Source of the DNA: an uncultured delta proteobacterium
GTDB taxonomy: Bacteria; Desulfobacterota; WTBG01; CAIYCZ01
Direction: 5' to 3'
DNA length: 64,000 nucleotides
Assembly: GCA_963803975.1 (NCBI GenBank)
Contig: CAWDOY010000008.1
Span: 38,426 to 102,425, forward strand
The stretch's first letter is position 1, and each line of letters begins with the position of its first letter. Of this stretch, positions 61,213 to 64,000 are shown piece by piece. The translations under genes were made by a program, and so were the position numbers. A model generated the notes under the pieces. The model was not told the origin of the DNA. It searched no databases and saw nothing but the letters and a program-made list of their open reading frames with translations.

Positions 61213-62901
61213 TTACAGAAGGATCATTTCGTTGATCGGCGCGCCGGCAGGCACTATGGGGTAGACGCCCTCCTCGCTTTCCACGACAAATTCCATGACA
61301 ACGGTCCGGGGCGTGGCGAGTGCTTTCTTAATGACCGGCACCACCTCCTCAGGCTTTGTTGCCCGCAGGCCCACGGCCCCGTATGCCTCCGCGAGCTTTA
61401 CAAAGTCCGGATGCGCGGCAAAGGTTGAGTGCGAGTAGCGCTTCTGATAGAACAGCTCCTGCCACTGCCTGACCATTCCCAGGCTGTGGTTATTGAGAAT
61501 GGCGATCTTCACCGGCAGCTGGTACTGCACCGCGGTAGCCAGCTCCTGGATGTTCATCTGAATGCTGCCGTCACCGGCGATATCAATAACGGTCTTATGG
61601 GGGAACGCCACCTGCGCCCCGATTGCCGCGGGAAAGCCGTAGCCCATGGTGCCGAGCCCGCCTGAGGTGAGCAGCGTGCGCGGCTTGTCAAAGGTGAAGA
61701 ACTGCGCGGTCCACATCTGGTTCTGACCCACCTCGGTGGAGATAATGCAGTCACCTTTGGTGAGCTCGTGGAGCTTTTCGATCACAAACTGCGGTTTGAT
61801 GGTATCTGTCTGCTTGTAGTTCAGGGTATGGGTTTTCTTCCAGTCCTCAATTTCCCTGAGCCACTCGTCATGCGGCTCTTTGCTCACTTTCTGCTCGCTG
61901 GCGATAGCCAGGCAGTCTTTTAAAATTTCCTTCACATCGCCCACGATGGGAATATCAACCTTTATATTTTTACTGATCGAGGTCGGGTCAATATCCAGGT
62001 GAATAATTTTTGCAGCCGGCGCGAACCGGTTCACATCTCCGGTGGCGCGGTCATCAAAGCGGCAGCCGATGGCGATCAAAAGATCGCAGCTGGTCACCGC
62101 CATGTTGGCGCAGTAGGTGCCGTGCATGCCGAGCATTCCCAGGGAAAGAGGATCGGTCGCGGGAAATCCGCCGAGGCCCATGAGCGTCGCGGTAACGGGA
62201 ATACTGAGCTTCCGGGCAAAGCTGGTAAGCTCTTTTGATGCATTGGATAAAATCACCCCGCCGCCGGCAATGATGACCGGCTTTTTAGCCTGGGCAATTT
62301 CCTCCATGGCCCGCACGATCTGGCGCTTGTTGCCCTTGTACGTGGGGCGGTAGCTGCGCATCGTGAGCTGCTCCGGGTAGTGGAAGACGGCGCTTTCCCT
62401 GAGCACGTCCTTGGGAAGGTCAACCAGCACCGGCCCCGGACGCCCCGAACGGGCAATATAGAACGCTTCCTTAATCGTGGCTGCAATCTCTTTCACCTCC
62501 CGCACCAGATAGTTATGCTTGGTGCAGGGCCGGGTAATGCCGACGATATCCGCCTCCTGAAAGGCATCATTGCCGATGAGCATGGTGGGCACCTGCCCGG
62601 TGAAGACAACGATGGGGATGGAGTCCATATAGGCGGTAGCAATACCGGTCACGGTATTGGTTGCGCCGGGACCAGAGGTCACCAGGCACACGCCCACATC
62701 ACCGGTGGCGCGGGCATAGCCGTCTGCGGCATGCACTGCTGCCTGCTCATGGCGCACCAGGATGTGCTGCAGCTTGGACTCGTAGAGATAATTATAGACG
62801 TCAAGCACTGACCCGCCGGGATAGCCAAAGATCACTTTGACCTGTTCCCGTATCAGGGACTCTAAAAAGATTTGCGCTCCCTTCATCTTCACGCTTGTCA
62901 C
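61213..62901 (-). CDS. ilvB: acetolactate synthase large subunit
   Basis: [26 protein letters not shown]. Confidence 0.97.
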   Translation of the reverse strand: MTSVKMKGAQIFLESLIREQVKVIFGYPGGSVLDVYNYLYESKLQHILVRHEQAAVHAADGYARATGDVGVCLVTSGPGATNTVTGIATAYMDSIPIVVFTGQVPTMLIGNDAFQEADIVGITRPCTKHNYLVREVKEIAATIKEAFYIARSGRPGPVLVDLPKDVLRESAVFHYPEQLTMRSYRPTYKGNKRQIVRAMEEIAQAKKPVIIAGGGVILSNASKELTSFARKLSIPVTATLMGLGGFPATDPLSLGMLGMHGTYCANMAVTSCDLLIAIGCRFDDRATGDVNRFAPAAKIIHLDIDPTSISKNIKVDIPIVGDVKEILKDCLAIASEQKVSKEPHDEWLREIEDWKKTHTLNYKQTDTIKPQFVIEKLHELTKGDCIISTEVGQNQMWTAQFFTFDKPRTLLTSGGLGTMGYGFPAAIGAQVAFPHKTVIDIAGDGSIQMNIQELATAVQYQLPVKIAILNNHSLGMVRQWQELFYQKRYSHSTFAAHPDFVKLAEAYGAVGLRATKPEEVVPVIKKALATPRTVVMEFVVESEEGVYPIVPAGAPINEMILL

Positions 62902-63040
62902 CTGCCTGCAAGTATTGTATCAAGCCTTTTCCCGTACCAGCGGGATGAAACATCGTGCCTGGTGGTACGGCAAAAAACCACTCACCTCATCCTGTACTAA
63001 GTATACTATATTTTTTATGTTAAATGAACAGGGATTCCTG

Positions 63041-63274
63041 TCAGTGCGTCTGGAGATTGCGGTACTTTGCTAAAATTTCCTCAATTTTATCCCGGCCTCT
63101 CAGTTTTAATTTTTTGATCCGTTTTTTCTCCACTTCCTCTTCCGGGGTCAAATAAGCTCTTTTATTAAGATCGTTCAGTATTTCTTCAAACCTGCTGTGC
63201 TCCGCAACCTCTCTTTTTAATTCTTCATCAACAACACTAAATTTTTCAATCAATTCAATATCACGTTTCTCCAT
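63041..63274 (-). CDS. DUF465/YdcH-like small protein
   Basis: EH..FE..L, LTPEEE, KKLKL.GRD. Confidence 0.75.
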   Translation of the reverse strand: MEKRDIELIEKFSVVDEELKREVAEHSRFEEILNDLNKRAYLTPEEEVEKKRIKKLKLRGRDKIEEILAKYRNLQTH

Positions 63275-63344
63275 AAGGGTATGCCTCCTGATAAAGAAGT
63301 TACTATATTTTTATATAAACACCTCTTACCCGTCAATCCCTGTT

Positions 63345-64000
63345 TCAGCTTTTCCCGCCGGACGCGCCGGCAACTCCCCCGGTGCCCGGCTGAGAGTTCC
63401 CGCCGTTTTTCCCTCCCGGAAGTTCTGCACCAGGCGGTCTGATATAGCGGGGCGCCATGGCTGCCGATGCGTGTGCTGCAGCGCCCTGATACCGGCACTG
63501 CGCCAGGGCTGCAACTGAGGAGGCGCGCGGCAGGCCTGCCAGGTAAGGCAGGACGCGGGCCCTTTCACCCAGCAGCGCTGTTATGGTTTCCCGGTGCAGA
63601 ACCGCGCCGCTTCCCACAAACACCGTGTCCCCGCTTATACCTGAAAGCCAGGGTTCAGGATCAGTCACTGTTTCCGCCCTCACCTGCTGCAGATCACCCT
63701 GGTCCGGGCAGCGGTAGAGGCCGGTAAAAATCTCCTGCCCGCGCGCAGTGATCATGGGGCAGATCTGCTCCCAATAGCCGCGTGCCTGAAATGCAATGGC
63801 TTCAAGGGTAGGGACGCCAAGCAAATCTTTTCCCGCAGCCAGGGCCAGTCCCTGGGCGGTGCTGATACCAACCCGCAGTCCGGTAAATGATCCCGGCCCC
63901 AGGGAAACAGCGAGCAGGTCAATGTCTGCGAGCGAACAGGCGCTGTCAGCCAGCAGCCGGTCAATCATGACCAGCAGCCGTTCCGAATGCGCTTGCGCCC
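63345..64000 (-). CDS. tsaB: t6A biosynthesis protein TsaB (5' partial)
   Basis: HSERL at the window edge, GPGSFTGLRVG, PRYIR. Confidence 0.93.
   Translation of the reverse strand, partial: AQAHSERLLVMIDRLLADSACSLADIDLLAVSLGPGSFTGLRVGISTAQGLALAAGKDLLGVPTLEAIAFQARGYWEQICPMITARGQEIFTGLYRCPDQGDLQQVRAETVTDPEPWLSGISGDTVFVGSGAVLHRETITALLGERARVLPYLAGLPRASSVAALAQCRYQGAAAHASAAMAPRYIRPPGAELPGGKNGGNSQPGTGGVAGASGGKS

Noticed and set aside
1..64000. CRISPR array or cas genes
   Set aside because: No 25-45 bp repeats with unique spacers; the repeats seen are short periodic or palindromic

Overview
This 64 kb window is bacterial. Gene content and order (tsaB-DUF465-ilvBN-pssA-leuACD, nfnAB, split-Soret-type cytochrome) suggest an anaerobic Desulfobacterota/deltaproteobacterium. 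Left: an AT-rich edge, a decayed aldehyde:ferredoxin oxidoreductase tail, a hydrolase-PPTase-fabD unit convergent with an acylating aldehyde dehydrogenase plus atypical ACP, nfnAB, two cupredoxin-like secreted proteins and a mazEF pair. Centre (about 12.9-29.3 kb): a large co-oriented arsenic cluster with arsR, acr3, a Tat diheme cytochrome, arsM, arsC, arsP, arsD, an internally deleted arsA, a Cys-bearing MacB/LolCDE-type ABC module, arsE/F/G-like genes and two tandem AbrB-radical SAM-SPASM genes. Next come a frameshifted redoxin-redoxin-FMN-binding fusion, tRNA-Ala(CGC), and a surface glycan locus with two FemAB-like GNATs and a GxxExxY cassette. The right part holds secreted proteins, a decayed TA/spermidine-synthase-like junction, GAF-GspE, pncB, a Bacteroidetes/fungal-type ilvC and the ilv/leu operon. 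Many accessory genes carry frameshifts, probably partly uncorrected sequencing indels, so pseudogene status is uncertain. No CRISPR array, rRNA, integrase or transposase was seen. Family calls come from motif recognition by eye, not database searches.
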